Shown: piece after piece, positions 45,108 through 54,638 of the stretch | How the letters are laid out: every line of letters begins with the position of its first letter | Position numbering within the stretch: the stretch's first letter is position 1 | IMG/VR virus record: IMGVR_UViG_3300043185_000079 | Length of the DNA stretch: 64,000 nucleotides | Reading direction: 5' to 3' (one strand) | Origin: a virus | Position numbers and translations under genes: made by a program | The notes under the pieces: model-generated | Database searches by the model: none | Seen by the model: the letters and a program-made list of their open reading frames with translations, nothing else | Told to the model about the DNA's origin: nothing

Positions 45108-45641
45108 ATGGGTCCGCGCGTCTTGACGATCGGCCACAGCAGCCACCCCCTGACGCGGTTCCTGGAACTTCTGCGCATGCACGAGGTCGATCTCCTGCTC
45201 GACGTACGGAGCAATCCGTACAGCAAGTTCTCGCCGCACTTCAACCGAGAGACACTACGCAGAGCCGTTGACGGCGGAATGCTCTTGTACGGCTATGGCG
45301 GCGATCGCCTGGGCGGTCGTCCGTTGGACCCAGCCTTCCTCGACGATCGCGGGAAGCCCTCGTACGCAAAGATCACCGTATCCCGGCCATTTCAAGAGGC
45401 GATTGCGGACCTGATTGCTGGCCTCCAAGAACAGGGTGGCAACCTGTGTCTTATGTGCAGCGAGGAGGATCCGACTGACTGCCACCGAAGGTGTCTCGTG
45501 GGTGCTGCACTGGCTCGGCACGGAGTCGTTGTCTGTCACGTACGGGGTGACGGGACAGTCGAGACCGAGGACGCCGTTGCCCGCAGATCGATCGACGACC
45601 AGACTAGCATCCTTGACGTCCTCGGATGGGATGATCGGTAG
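45108..45641 (+). CDS. DUF488 family protein
   Basis: TIGHS, DVRSNPYS..PHFN, LGGRP, CSEEDPTDCHR. Confidence 0.85.
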   Translation: MGPRVLTIGHSSHPLTRFLELLRMHEVDLLLDVRSNPYSKFSPHFNRETLRRAVDGGMLLYGYGGDRLGGRPLDPAFLDDRGKPSYAKITVSRPFQEAIADLIAGLQEQGGNLCLMCSEEDPTDCHRRCLVGAALARHGVVVCHVRGDGTVETEDAVARRSIDDQTSILDVLGWDDR

Positions 45642-45650
45642 GATCTCCCC

Positions 45651-45839
45651 ATGAACAGGGAAGCGCAGACCGTCTACCGCTATGCGTGGGCCATCATGGC
45701 GATCTTCGTGTGCGTCGTCCTGCTTCTCCAGGTGTTCGGCTTCAAGACGCAGGCCGTGATGTCCTTCGCCAAGGCCGACGTGGTCATATACCTCGGCATT
45801 TTCCTGCTCCTGGTCGAGCGCGTGCTGCCGCGGTCTTGA
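45651..45839 (+). CDS. small membrane protein (2 TM)
   Basis: Two hydrophobic segments. Confidence 0.55.
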   Translation: MNREAQTVYRYAWAIMAIFVCVVLLLQVFGFKTQAVMSFAKADVVIYLGIFLLLVERVLPRS

Positions 45840-45857
45840 TCGTCACTCCGAGGGCGC

Positions 45858-46055
45858 ATGAACCCCGATCATTCCAGAGGACTGCCACGGTGTCCCGCCT
45901 GCAAGGAGGTTCTCGCGAGAGAGGAGGACGGCTCGCTGCGATGTCGGAGAGCTGGGTGTGGCCAGGGATACCTGAAGTCGCACCGCGGAGAGGTGTCGAT
46001 GGCCGTCTCCACCGACGACATCGTCGTCATCTCCGACCGCCTGCCGCGGGCGTAG
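45858..46055 (+). CDS. small zinc-ribbon protein
   Basis: CPAC..CRRAGC; GAGG RBS. Confidence 0.45.
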   Translation: MNPDHSRGLPRCPACKEVLAREEDGSLRCRRAGCGQGYLKSHRGEVSMAVSTDDIVVISDRLPRA

Positions 46056-46062
46056 ATCTGTC

Positions 46063-46296
46063 ATGGAAAGCCCTCCCGTCAATTTCCACGGCACCTCGGA
46101 CACGGTCTCCGTGCAGCGCACTCTCGTCCTGCGGAATGATCTGGTCGCGGCGAGAGAGGAGGAGTCCCGTCGTCGCGCCGCCAGCGCGAGCGAGCTAGAG
46201 CGCACGCGACAGGACCTGGTCTCTTGCGCTGGCCGTCAGATGGAGGCCCTCGGCGACATCAGGATGCGGGAGATCCTCGGGGAGTTCTCGGCCTGA
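46063..46296 (+). CDS. hypothetical protein
   Basis: Coupled to rnhB by TGATG. Confidence 0.45.
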   Translation: MESPPVNFHGTSDTVSVQRTLVLRNDLVAAREEESRRRAASASELERTRQDLVSCAGRQMEALGDIRMREILGEFSA

Positions 46297-46958
46297 TGCG
46301 TCTCGTGGGCATTGACGAGGCAGGCCGGGGTCCCGTTCTGGGGCCCCTGGTCATGGCCGTCGTCGTGCTCCTTCCTGAGCACGAGCGCGATCTGGCGGCG
46401 GCCGGTGTCCGCGACAGCAAGACGTTCGGAAGCGGACCCAAAGCCATGAAAGTCCGAAAGGACCTGAACACGATCATCAAGGGCGCCTGCGTTGCGTGGG
46501 AGATCGTCTCTTTCGACGCCGACGTCGTCGACTCCTACGTGGAGCGAGGTGGGCTCGATGACCTTGAGCGGGAAGGCGTCGAGAAGCTCCTGGAGAGGGT
46601 AGGCGTTCAGCATGATGATCGCGTCGTCTGTGACGGCGAGCCTATCTTCGGGCGTCTGACTCGCAGGTGGCCGAACCTTCTCGCCGAGAACAGGGCCGAT
46701 GCGCACCACGTGTCGGTGGCCGCCGCCTCGGTGATCGCCAAGACTCGTCGAGACGAGGCGATGGACGAGATCCTGCGGAGGTACGAGCCGGAGTTCGGGA
46801 GGATCGCTGGCGGCGGCTACGTGAACGACGGAACGCGGCGATTCCTGGAGGCGTACGAGGCACGGCACGGGAGCCTGCCTCCCGAGGCCCGGAAGTCCTG
46901 GCGCTGGAGACGTCCGGTTGACCAGCCGGACATCACCGCCCTTCTGCGAGGGGAGTAG
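46296..46958 (+). CDS. rnhB: ribonuclease HII
   Basis: GIDEAGRGPVLGP, DSK, VAAASVIAK, GGY..RKSW. Confidence 0.92.
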   Translation: MRLVGIDEAGRGPVLGPLVMAVVVLLPEHERDLAAAGVRDSKTFGSGPKAMKVRKDLNTIIKGACVAWEIVSFDADVVDSYVERGGLDDLEREGVEKLLERVGVQHDDRVVCDGEPIFGRLTRRWPNLLAENRADAHHVSVAAASVIAKTRRDEAMDEILRRYEPEFGRIAGGGYVNDGTRRFLEAYEARHGSLPPEARKSWRWRRPVDQPDITALLRGE

Positions 46959-46960
46959 CC

Positions 46961-47097
46961 GTGACGGACGATGCGATGCGCCTGATCCTCGAGTTCGACT
47001 CGGACGATCCGAGTTCGTACGTGGATTCGAGGCGGGCCAGCTCTACGGGCTTCTGTCTCGGCAACCTTCCGAGGCGGTCGGCACCTACCATGTTTAG
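46961..47097 (+). pseudogene. possible frameshifted gene remnant
   Basis: MRLILEFDSDD continues, after a shift at about 47010, as protein-like EFVRGFEAGQLYGLL... Confidence 0.25.
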
Positions 47098-47118
47098 CAA
47101 GACCATCCTGACATTGAC

Positions 47119-47817
47119 GTGACCGCTATCCTCGTCATTCTCGCTATCCTCGTCGGCGCGCCCATCCGGCACGGCCCGCGAGATCGCCGCGAGATCGCCC
47201 TGACGTTCGATGCTTGCCCCACGAGCGACGCGGACGGGTTCGACGAGGCCGTCGTCGAGGTTCTGCGCCGCGAGGGTGTGGCGGCCACCTTCTTCCTCTC
47301 CGGACGGTGGGTGACGAGACATCCCCACGAGGCCCGCACGCTCTCCGCCTCCTTCGAGATCGCGAATCACGGCCACGTACACGAGGACGGGCGCCAAGCG
47401 AGCATGTCCTACGAGGAGGCCCTTGAAGACCTGTCTCGGGCGCAGCGGGCCATCGAGAAGGTCACGGGTCGTCGGCCGGCTCTCTACCGGCCTCCGGCCG
47501 TGAGCTACAACCACGAGATCCTGCGAGCCGCGTCCGCTCTCGGCCTCACGACAATCCTGTATGACGTAGCGTCTGGCGATCCAGATCCACGGCTTGCAGC
47601 GGACCGCATCGTCCGCTACGTGCTCGGCAGGGCGCGGGCCGGGTCCATCGTGATCTTCCACGTCAACGGTCGAGGGTGGACGACGGCCGAGACGCTCCCG
47701 AAGATCATCGCAGCCCTGCGGGATCGAGGGTATCGCCTCGTCACCGTGTCGGACCTTCTGAGGGACGAGGCTGCGGCTGCTGAGGCTGGACAAGAAGGCG
47801 GTCAAGATCGGCTCTGA
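47119..47817 (+). CDS. polysaccharide deacetylase (NodB/CE4)
   Basis: IALTFDA, ATFFLSG, NHGHVH, YRPP, IVIFH; hydrophobic N-terminus. Confidence 0.88.
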   Translation: MTAILVILAILVGAPIRHGPRDRREIALTFDACPTSDADGFDEAVVEVLRREGVAATFFLSGRWVTRHPHEARTLSASFEIANHGHVHEDGRQASMSYEEALEDLSRAQRAIEKVTGRRPALYRPPAVSYNHEILRAASALGLTTILYDVASGDPDPRLAADRIVRYVLGRARAGSIVIFHVNGRGWTTAETLPKIIAALRDRGYRLVTVSDLLRDEAAAAEAGQEGGQDRL

Positions 47818-47993
47818 CTTGGCCGACGTACTCGTGCACGTCCGTGGCCGCGAGGGCACTGTCCTCTTACCAGGAGGCGACGGAGCGCACCGCGCGGATA
47901 AGGCACATGTGCTGGATCGAAAGGCCCAAGAGGAGCAAGGCCGACACTCCCCCCGACGATCTAGCCTATGTTTCCGCGTTGGCAGGATAGACC

Positions 47994-48335
47994 GTGAGCG
48001 CTGACCGACAGGAAGACGCAGAACGCCAGGACGTGGCTGTTCGGTCGCGCTCGTCGCGAGACACGCGTCGACCCAGGATGTGGAAGGTGATCATCATCAA
48101 CGATGACTTCACGCCCGTCGATTTCGTGATCGCCCTCGTGAGGGCCGTGTTCAGGCGGGACACGGACGAGGCCACCAGGATCACTATGGAGGTCCACCGC
48201 TCGGGCGCGGCCGTGGCAGGCGTCTACACGCGAGAGATCGCCGAGACCAAGTGCGCCGTCGTGGTTGGTTTGGCGAGGGAAGCAGGACATCCGCTCATGG
48301 CCACGATGGAACCCGAAGAGAACGTTGAGGATTGA
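47994..48335 (+). CDS. clpS: ATP-dependent Clp protease adaptor ClpS
   Basis: KVIIINDDFTPVDFV, MEVHRSG.AVAGVYTREIAETK, HPL..MEPE. Confidence 0.92.
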   Translation: MSADRQEDAERQDVAVRSRSSRDTRRPRMWKVIIINDDFTPVDFVIALVRAVFRRDTDEATRITMEVHRSGAAVAGVYTREIAETKCAVVVGLAREAGHPLMATMEPEENVED

Positions 48336-48936
48336 CAGAGCGATCAGGGGCGGACACTCTGCACTGGTGCGCGGCCGTCTACCGGAGGCCATTCTCACAG
48401 CTTGTCCCGAATGCGGTCAGACTTATGATCGTTGGCGTGGGAATCAGCGATTTTGTTCCCGACTGTGCAAGAACAGGTTCTACGATAAACACCGCTCTGT
48501 CCGAACAGAGCGTGCGGCAACTTGTGTTGAGTGTGGTCAAATGTTTCAAACGAGGCGAGGTCGTGCTCGATTCTGCTCTTACTCTTGTTCTGCGAAGAAT
48601 AAGTGGAGAGAAGGCAAATTTCAGCCGGTCTCTGGTGCGGGCCATCCCTTGTGGCGCGGGGGTGGTGGGGTGGCCCTCCTTCGACGACGTTGCCGAAGAT
48701 ATGGCATATCGGTCGAAGAGTATGAGGCTCGGTATGCACTTTGCGGTGGAGTGTGTGAGATCTGCAAGGAACCGTGTTCGACCGGAAGGGCACTCGCTGT
48801 GGATCACGATCATGATTCGGGCGCTGTTCGCGGGCTTTTGTGTTCAGCCTGCAACTTCGGAGTAGGGATCTTTCGCGAGGCGCCAGATCGTCTAGAAGCC
48901 GCGGCCGAGTACCTACGCAAGCACAAGACTCGGTAA
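48325..48936 (+). mobile_element. endonuclease VII-family HNH (putative homing) endonuclease
   Basis: YGISVEEY..CEIC..VDHDH..VRGLLCSACN; N-terminal CxxC..FCS..C repeats; start uncertain. Confidence 0.8.
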
Positions 48937-48960
48937 TTGGGGTATGGCAAAAGGTCAGAC

Positions 48961-49707
48961 ATGACTGAGTCCTTCAGGCTCCGAGACGGCTCAACGGTTC
49001 GTGACTCACGGCTTACACGGCTCAAACAGTTCGACGAACGGTCGCGCAGGTACCCAGTGAAGGCGACGGTCTCGGCCACCAAGCCGAGAAGCTACACATG
49101 GCCCTGCGCGCAGCACCTTGACCAGGGCAAAGAGGGTGCTTGCGTTGGGGCATCTGTCACGCATGAGTTGATTGCCCGGCCTGTCGAGGTCCAGGGACTC
49201 GACATGAAGTTCGCAAAGGAGAAGATCTACTGGGAGGCCCAGAAGATCGACGAGTGGGAGGGTGGCAGCTATCCAAGCGCGAACCCGGTCTACGAGGGCA
49301 CGTCCGTTCTCGCCGGAATGAAGGTTGCGAAGAAACTCGGCTACATCACCGAGTACAGGTGGGCCTTTGGCCTCGACGATCTCGTCATGGCCGTGGGTCA
49401 TCGAGGGCCTGCCGTCCTGGGCCTGGTCTGGTACGACGGGATGTTTGAGCCGTACCCCTGCGGGCACCTCCACGTCGAGGGCGACGTCGCGGGCGGCCAC
49501 GCCATCCTGTGCAAGGGCGTGAACGTGGAGGACCGCTACTTCGTCGTCCACAACTCGTGGGGGCTTGGCTGGGGTCGTGGGGGGGATGCCAGGATCACCT
49601 GGGCCGAGATGGACCGGCTCCTTCACGAGGAGGGCGAAGCTTGCATCCCGACGCAGCGGGGCAAGGGCATCGCGGGCGCCCTCAAGGGTCTCTTCAAGCC
49701 TCGCTGA
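48961..49707 (+). CDS. papain-like cysteine peptidase (C1)
   Basis: DQGKEGACVG, GGHAI, NSWG..WG..G. Confidence 0.88.
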   Translation: MTESFRLRDGSTVRDSRLTRLKQFDERSRRYPVKATVSATKPRSYTWPCAQHLDQGKEGACVGASVTHELIARPVEVQGLDMKFAKEKIYWEAQKIDEWEGGSYPSANPVYEGTSVLAGMKVAKKLGYITEYRWAFGLDDLVMAVGHRGPAVLGLVWYDGMFEPYPCGHLHVEGDVAGGHAILCKGVNVEDRYFVVHNSWGLGWGRGGDARITWAEMDRLLHEEGEACIPTQRGKGIAGALKGLFKPR

Positions 49708-49980
49708 CGACGGTGTGCAATCGGGGCATGCTCCATGACTGGCCATGGGGGATCCGTTCAACCACGGCACGCCGGAGAAGTTCGTCGACCCGGGCCGGCC
49801 TTCTCAGGATGAGTCACGCCGTGCACCTGTCTCCCGACACCGCGATCCCTTGACGGCGGTCTCTGTATCTGGCATGGTCCACACACCGCATCCTCCGTAG
49901 GACCGCGGCTGCTGAATCTTACCGACTCCTGCCGGCCTATCTCCCGCTGCGGAGTGGGACCGCGACGCGGAGATTCAGCG

Positions 49981-50205
49981 ATGTCCGGAACAAGGAAAGT
50001 ACGACTCACGCCACGCGAGGACGAGCTGTTCGCCATCGCTTGGTATCTCATTCAGGCCCAGAACGGCTCCGAGAAGGACCGTCACATTCAGTGGGCGCGC
50101 TACCACCTGTGGCGCGTTACGCAGGGACTCTTCGTTCATCAAGATCTGGTGGGCAACATCCACCATGTTTTCTGCGAGGCGTTCGGGGAGGGCTGTGATG
50201 ACTAG
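49981..50205 (+). CDS. hypothetical protein
   Basis: GGAG RBS; overlaps the rtcB start. Confidence 0.45.
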   Translation: MSGTRKVRLTPREDELFAIAWYLIQAQNGSEKDRHIQWARYHLWRVTQGLFVHQDLVGNIHHVFCEAFGEGCDD

Positions 50206-51592
50206 CCTTGACCGCATCGCCCGCGCGCTCCGACGTGACGGCGTCGAGATCGAGATGGATGGATCAATCTACAGGATCCGGCGAGCAGGGCACGAGGGTC
50301 CGTTCGCCGAGGTCCTGCTCCCTAAGGGCTTCCCGCTCGAGACCAAGGCCGTCGTGCAGCTCGCGGCATTCGCTTCCGCGCGCCATCCAAATGGGGGTCA
50401 CGTGTGCCATGCCTGTGCCACGCCCGACTTCCACCCTGGCAACGGTGTGCCTGTCGGGTCCGTCGTGGCCACCTCGCTCGACTTGGCCATCCCCTCTGCC
50501 ATAGGGACAGACATTAACTGCGGGATGCGGATGCACGCGACGGGACTTTCCGTGGATCGGTTCCTCGCGGAGAAGCGCCGTCTCGTGGACGTGCTGCGCG
50601 GAGACCTGCTCCTCGGTACGCGCGACTTGCCCATGACCGGCGTCTCCATGCGCGCCATGTTCGACGGAGGTGAACCCGATTGGCTGGACGCCGTGCTGGA
50701 CCGTCCCCTCGGAATGCTGGCCCGTTCCGACCTCGGCCAGATCGGGAGAGAGATCGGAAACGGCTATCGAGGCCGGTGGAGCTGGGCCCCCGAGGGACTC
50801 GTCGACGATGGCAGAGAAATCGTGCGCGACGGAGCGCTTGGCACGGTGGGTGGAGGGAACCACTTCGTGGAATTCCAGGTGGTCGATGATGTCGCGGACG
50901 GCGGTCTCGCCCGCGCATGGGGCCTGAAGAACGGCGAAGTGGTCTTTATGGTTCACACCGGATCTCGGACCGTCGGGAAAGCAGTCGGGACTCGGTGGTC
51001 CGAGATCGCGCGGGAGCACTGGCCGTCAACGGTAAGACGACCAGACGTCCTCCCTCTGTACGGGGCTGACGTCGACGGGTACGTCGAGGCCATGAATACC
51101 GCTGCGAACTACGGCGCGGTCAACCGACTCCTGATCGCCGAGATCGTCCGTCTACGGCTGCGGGAGATTCACGGGGACATAGGGGTTACCCTCGTGCACG
51201 ATGCTCCCCACAATCTCGTCTTCCGCGAGGGAGACATGCTCGTCCATCGGAAGGGAGCTACTCCCGCTCACGCCGGACAACCCGTGCTGATCCCTGGATC
51301 CATGGGGCAGCCCTCGTACGTTCTTGTCGGTCGCGGCAACGGGCGATACCTCTCTTCCGCGTCCCACGGGGCTGGTCGCGCGGTCACTCGCTTCGAGATG
51401 GGACGGCGCCAGAGAGCCGGAGACGATCTGGGTCTCGATGGGGTTGATTGCGTGACATTGAGAGAGGAACGGAGGATCGAAGAGGCTCCCTCGGCCTACA
51501 AGGACATTGGGCCCGTCGTTTCGGTGCAGGTCGAGCACGGCCTCGTCGCTCCTGTGGTTCGGACACGGCCGCTGGTGACATTCAAAGCCTAG
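50198..51592 (+). CDS. rtcB: RtcB RNA ligase
   Basis: PDFHPG, DINCG, GGGNHFVE, HTGSR, HRKGAT, PGSMG, SHGAGR, EEAPSAYK. Confidence 0.95.
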   Translation: MTSLDRIARALRRDGVEIEMDGSIYRIRRAGHEGPFAEVLLPKGFPLETKAVVQLAAFASARHPNGGHVCHACATPDFHPGNGVPVGSVVATSLDLAIPSAIGTDINCGMRMHATGLSVDRFLAEKRRLVDVLRGDLLLGTRDLPMTGVSMRAMFDGGEPDWLDAVLDRPLGMLARSDLGQIGREIGNGYRGRWSWAPEGLVDDGREIVRDGALGTVGGGNHFVEFQVVDDVADGGLARAWGLKNGEVVFMVHTGSRTVGKAVGTRWSEIAREHWPSTVRRPDVLPLYGADVDGYVEAMNTAANYGAVNRLLIAEIVRLRLREIHGDIGVTLVHDAPHNLVFREGDMLVHRKGATPAHAGQPVLIPGSMGQPSYVLVGRGNGRYLSSASHGAGRAVTRFEMGRRQRAGDDLGLDGVDCVTLREERRIEEAPSAYKDIGPVVSVQVEHGLVAPVVRTRPLVTFKA

Positions 51593-51595
51593 ACA

Positions 51596-51610
51596 CGGTT
51601 TTCCTTCTAT
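51596..51610 (+). promoter_or_regulatory. CGGT-N8-TAT motif
   Basis: CGGTTTTCCTTCTAT followed by CCG, right after the rtcB stop. Confidence 0.6.
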
Positions 51611-51627
51611 CCGCGAGGTCTTGGGGG

Positions 51628-52176
51628 ATGGGACTCATCATGCTCAGGGATGACGACATCGAGCTGGCATCGTGGACCAGGTTCCATGACGAGGATCTCG
51701 AGAAGTTCGGCAGAAACGCCGCGGCTATGCTCGCGGACGCCGAGAAGTGGGCTCGCGACGCTGGCTACGTCATCAAGCCCAAAACGTCGTTCTTCGGGTC
51801 ACGCTTCTCGAAGATGACGACCACGTACTACAAAGAGATCCGAGTCGGTGACGGATGGGCCGGGTACACCCCCCCGAAGAAGGCAAGCATCCTCAAGCAT
51901 GAGATCGTCCATGCAAAGCAGTGGAGGCACTACGGCAGGGGGACCTTCGGTGCGCGTTACATCTTCAGCGCTCGGTTTCGCTGGGCCATGGAAGTGCAGG
52001 CGTACCGCGAGAGCGTGAGAGCCTATCGTACGTTGGGCGCGAAGGAATCGTGGCTGAGGACGTACGCCACCAAGGACGTCCCCGATATCCTGTGGCAGAA
52101 CTACATGCTCGGCGTGCTCCGCAAGGGAGACGTCTACGAACACACTGCCAAGATCCTGCTGCGCGAAGCAGCTTGA
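51628..52176 (+). CDS. zincin-like metallopeptidase (HExxH)
   Basis: LKHEIVHAKQW..MEVQAY. Confidence 0.7.
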   Translation: MGLIMLRDDDIELASWTRFHDEDLEKFGRNAAAMLADAEKWARDAGYVIKPKTSFFGSRFSKMTTTYYKEIRVGDGWAGYTPPKKASILKHEIVHAKQWRHYGRGTFGARYIFSARFRWAMEVQAYRESVRAYRTLGAKESWLRTYATKDVPDILWQNYMLGVLRKGDVYEHTAKILLREAA

Positions 52177-52184
52177 GGAGTTCC

Positions 52185-52589
52185 ATGTTCGACCGCACAG
52201 CGAAGAAGATGAGCGTCATTGATCTCCTCGACATACCTGCGGCCGGGGAGAAGGTCACGAAACCGTCTGCCCTAACGAAGTCAGGCAGCGCGGTGGCTCG
52301 GACGATTCTCGACCAGATGGGAGGCATGCGGCGCTTGGCCCTGATGCTGGGTATGTCGGCGCATGCCGTGGAGATGGCACCTCGTGGAGTTGCGTTCAAG
52401 TGGCCAAACCGGCAGACGTCGCGGGGGAACAAAGTGCGAATCGACCTGACGCCGGCCGACACCTACACCATGACGTTCCTCAGCTCGACAGCGCATGGCG
52501 AGAAGCCCGTCAAGGTGTACCGGGACGTCTACGCAGAGGACCTAGTTCCGATCTTCGAGAAGCAGACTGGGTGGTACCTGAGGCTGTAA
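52185..52589 (+). CDS. hypothetical phage protein with N-terminal RTA
   Basis: GAGGAG RBS; MFDRTA; TILDQMGG..DTYTMTF..DVYAEDL..FEKQTG. Confidence 0.65.
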   Translation: MFDRTAKKMSVIDLLDIPAAGEKVTKPSALTKSGSAVARTILDQMGGMRRLALMLGMSAHAVEMAPRGVAFKWPNRQTSRGNKVRIDLTPADTYTMTFLSSTAHGEKPVKVYRDVYAEDLVPIFEKQTGWYLRL

Positions 52590-53260
52590 TGGCAACCTTC
52601 GACCCATCCCGCGCGGCACTCGTCGACGGGAGCGGAGAAGCGCCCGTATGGCGAGGGAACCTGCCGATCAACGCGCGGAATCAGATCGCGTATCACGAGC
52701 TGGTCAACACCCTCGGTCTAGATGTCGGAGATTCTCTGATCGACGTCAGCCTCATCGACAATGTGGAAGGGTCGGAGAGGGCGCAGTGGCTTGTCGAGAT
52801 GGCTGCCTTTGGGATCGACGTGGACAGTGAATTCCCCTCGGGTCCGAACGTGCCTCCGCAGTGGAATCAGTCTTCGTGGAATCCAGGCCGTCTCCTCGGT
52901 GATTGTGTGCGGCAGGTAGGGGGGACACCCCCGGGTCACATCGTCTGGTGGCCCATCGAGGGCGGCACGACACCGGATGTTCTCGGGCCAGACCCGCGGA
53001 GCTACAACTTCGTGGGACTCATCGAGTATCTGGGGATTCTTCGGAACAGGAGAGGCTCGATCGTCTACTTCCACTGCATGAACGGCTCGGATCGTACGGG
53101 AGCGGTTGTCGCCGGGTATGCGATGCGATGGATGGGAGCCTCCCTGGCGAAGGCCGTTGTTCTTGCGAATCGGGTCGCAGCCGCGGGTCAGATGAGTCAT
53201 CCATACAGTCAGCTCGTGGAGACGTACGCGAAGTGGATCTCCGAGAATCCTCCAACGTAG
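52589..53260 (+). CDS. protein tyrosine/dual-specificity phosphatase family protein
   Basis: P-loop HCMNGSDRTG (CX5R). Confidence 0.8.
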   Translation: MATFDPSRAALVDGSGEAPVWRGNLPINARNQIAYHELVNTLGLDVGDSLIDVSLIDNVEGSERAQWLVEMAAFGIDVDSEFPSGPNVPPQWNQSSWNPGRLLGDCVRQVGGTPPGHIVWWPIEGGTTPDVLGPDPRSYNFVGLIEYLGILRNRRGSIVYFHCMNGSDRTGAVVAGYAMRWMGASLAKAVVLANRVAAAGQMSHPYSQLVETYAKWISENPPT

Positions 53261-53353
53261 CCCGCGTGGTGGAGCGCTGGATCGACCGGACGCGTCTGGT
53301 CCCAGCCGCGCTACCCGCTAACTGTTGCCCTTACCCGAGGGATAGCGTGGGCG

Positions 53354-53923
53354 ATGAGCAGGATTGTCTCGCGGGCTGATCTCGTGAGGAGGTACCCCGC
53401 CGCGGTGTTGGAGGACTTCGTCCCTACCCATCGCGTCGTGCTCCTCGACACGAGGACCAACTGTGTTCTCTGCGAAGACGTCGTTCGACTCGGGCCCGCA
53501 GACGACCGTGGGGTGAGATTCGCTGAGACTCCAGAAGGGCGAGCCGTGTACGCCGTCATCCCCGGTGGAAAATGGCAGTGTCTCGATCAGCACGGTCACG
53601 TCCAGGAGGAGGCAATCTTGTACCGGCAGGACTACGTGCGACCTGCAGATCGGGATGGCTTCGTCTACTTTGTGCAGGCCGGTCACGAGGGACCGATCAA
53701 GATCGGTTGGTCGCAAGACGTTCCTCGGCGGCTTGGGGAGCTGCAGGTCGCGAACGCAGCGAGGCTTTTTCTGATCGCTGCTGTCCCTGGTAAGAGGAGC
53801 GACGAGGCCGCGACTCACGAGCGCTTCGCGCATCTCAGGCTCGGTGCGGAGTGGTTCCGCGATGATCCAGAGATCCACGAATATCTCCGCGTGCGCGGTG
53901 ATCCTCCAATAAGAGATCCCTGA
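53354..53923 (+). CDS. T5orf172/GIY-YIG-like domain protein
   Basis: VYFVQA..IKIGWS..RRLGELQ..H..F..GAEWF. Confidence 0.75.
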   Translation: MSRIVSRADLVRRYPAAVLEDFVPTHRVVLLDTRTNCVLCEDVVRLGPADDRGVRFAETPEGRAVYAVIPGGKWQCLDQHGHVQEEAILYRQDYVRPADRDGFVYFVQAGHEGPIKIGWSQDVPRRLGELQVANAARLFLIAAVPGKRSDEAATHERFAHLRLGAEWFRDDPEIHEYLRVRGDPPIRDP

Positions 53924-53932
53924 AGACAGGAC

Positions 53933-54271
53933 ATGGCGTCCGAGAGAAACGCGGCGTCTCCGAGCGCTGGATGGGTCCCGAGACTGGTCCTTGCCTACTC
54001 GACGAATCCCGTGCTTGATGCGAAGGATCCCGTCGACGTCGAGTTCGACCCGTATTGTCCGTCCAACGGGTGGTCCGCGAACTGGCTTTGGAGACAGGTC
54101 GAGTTGACGTCGCCTCCTGGCTCACAGGGCAACTTCAAGATTCGTGGAGGCTACGACTACAGGGAGCCGTACCGGAGGCCTTGTCGCGCAGACCCACACA
54201 GTATCTGCCCAGGGGATTGGTTCGTGGATGAGGAGGGCGAGATTCTCATCCGTGGAGAGAAGGGCAGGTAG
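53933..54271 (+). CDS. hypothetical protein
   Basis: AGGA RBS; fills the operon. Confidence 0.5.
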   Translation: MASERNAASPSAGWVPRLVLAYSTNPVLDAKDPVDVEFDPYCPSNGWSANWLWRQVELTSPPGSQGNFKIRGGYDYREPYRRPCRADPHSICPGDWFVDEEGEILIRGEKGR

Positions 54272-54272
54272 A

Positions 54273-54599
54273 ATGCCACCTCAGAGGCTGATGTCTGATC
54301 CACAACACACAACGGTCATGGTCGAGCCCTCCATTCGGTTCGGTTCGTTCGCGAACGCGTTCCGTGTGGTTGACGAGGTTGGGCCGGATTGCTTCTTGGA
54401 TTTCCTCGTGTACTCGGCAGCCGAGCGTGAGGCGACTGTGGTTGCCAGGATTCGCGTGCGCCGGGACTTTCTGGGAGCGATCCGGGAGAGGCTGGCGGAG
54501 GCCATGCTGGAGTTCAACGGCGAGCAGATTGCCGCCGAAACCAGTATTGCCTTCCGCCAGGGCGGAGACAGCGCTGTACGGGACCGATCGTGCGGGTAA
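54273..54599 (+). CDS. hypothetical protein (DUF3467-like)
   Basis: FANAFRV..CFLDF..VVARIRV pattern. Confidence 0.5.
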   Translation: MPPQRLMSDPQHTTVMVEPSIRFGSFANAFRVVDEVGPDCFLDFLVYSAAEREATVVARIRVRRDFLGAIRERLAEAMLEFNGEQIAAETSIAFRQGGDSAVRDRSCG

Positions 54600-54638
54600 T
54601 GTGACGCAGATCGGCTCGCGACGAGCCGGGTGCGAACC

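Noticed and set aside
49710-49980. Short ORFs between the C1 peptidase and 49981
   Set aside because: About 50 codons or fewer, no motif and weak RBS
18172-54600. GGTAnnnT as a -10-like leaderless promoter motif before several starts (e.g. about 18173, 36205, 45637, 54267)
   Set aside because: In most cases the TA belongs to the upstream gene's stop codon, so the pattern cannot be separated from tight gene packing
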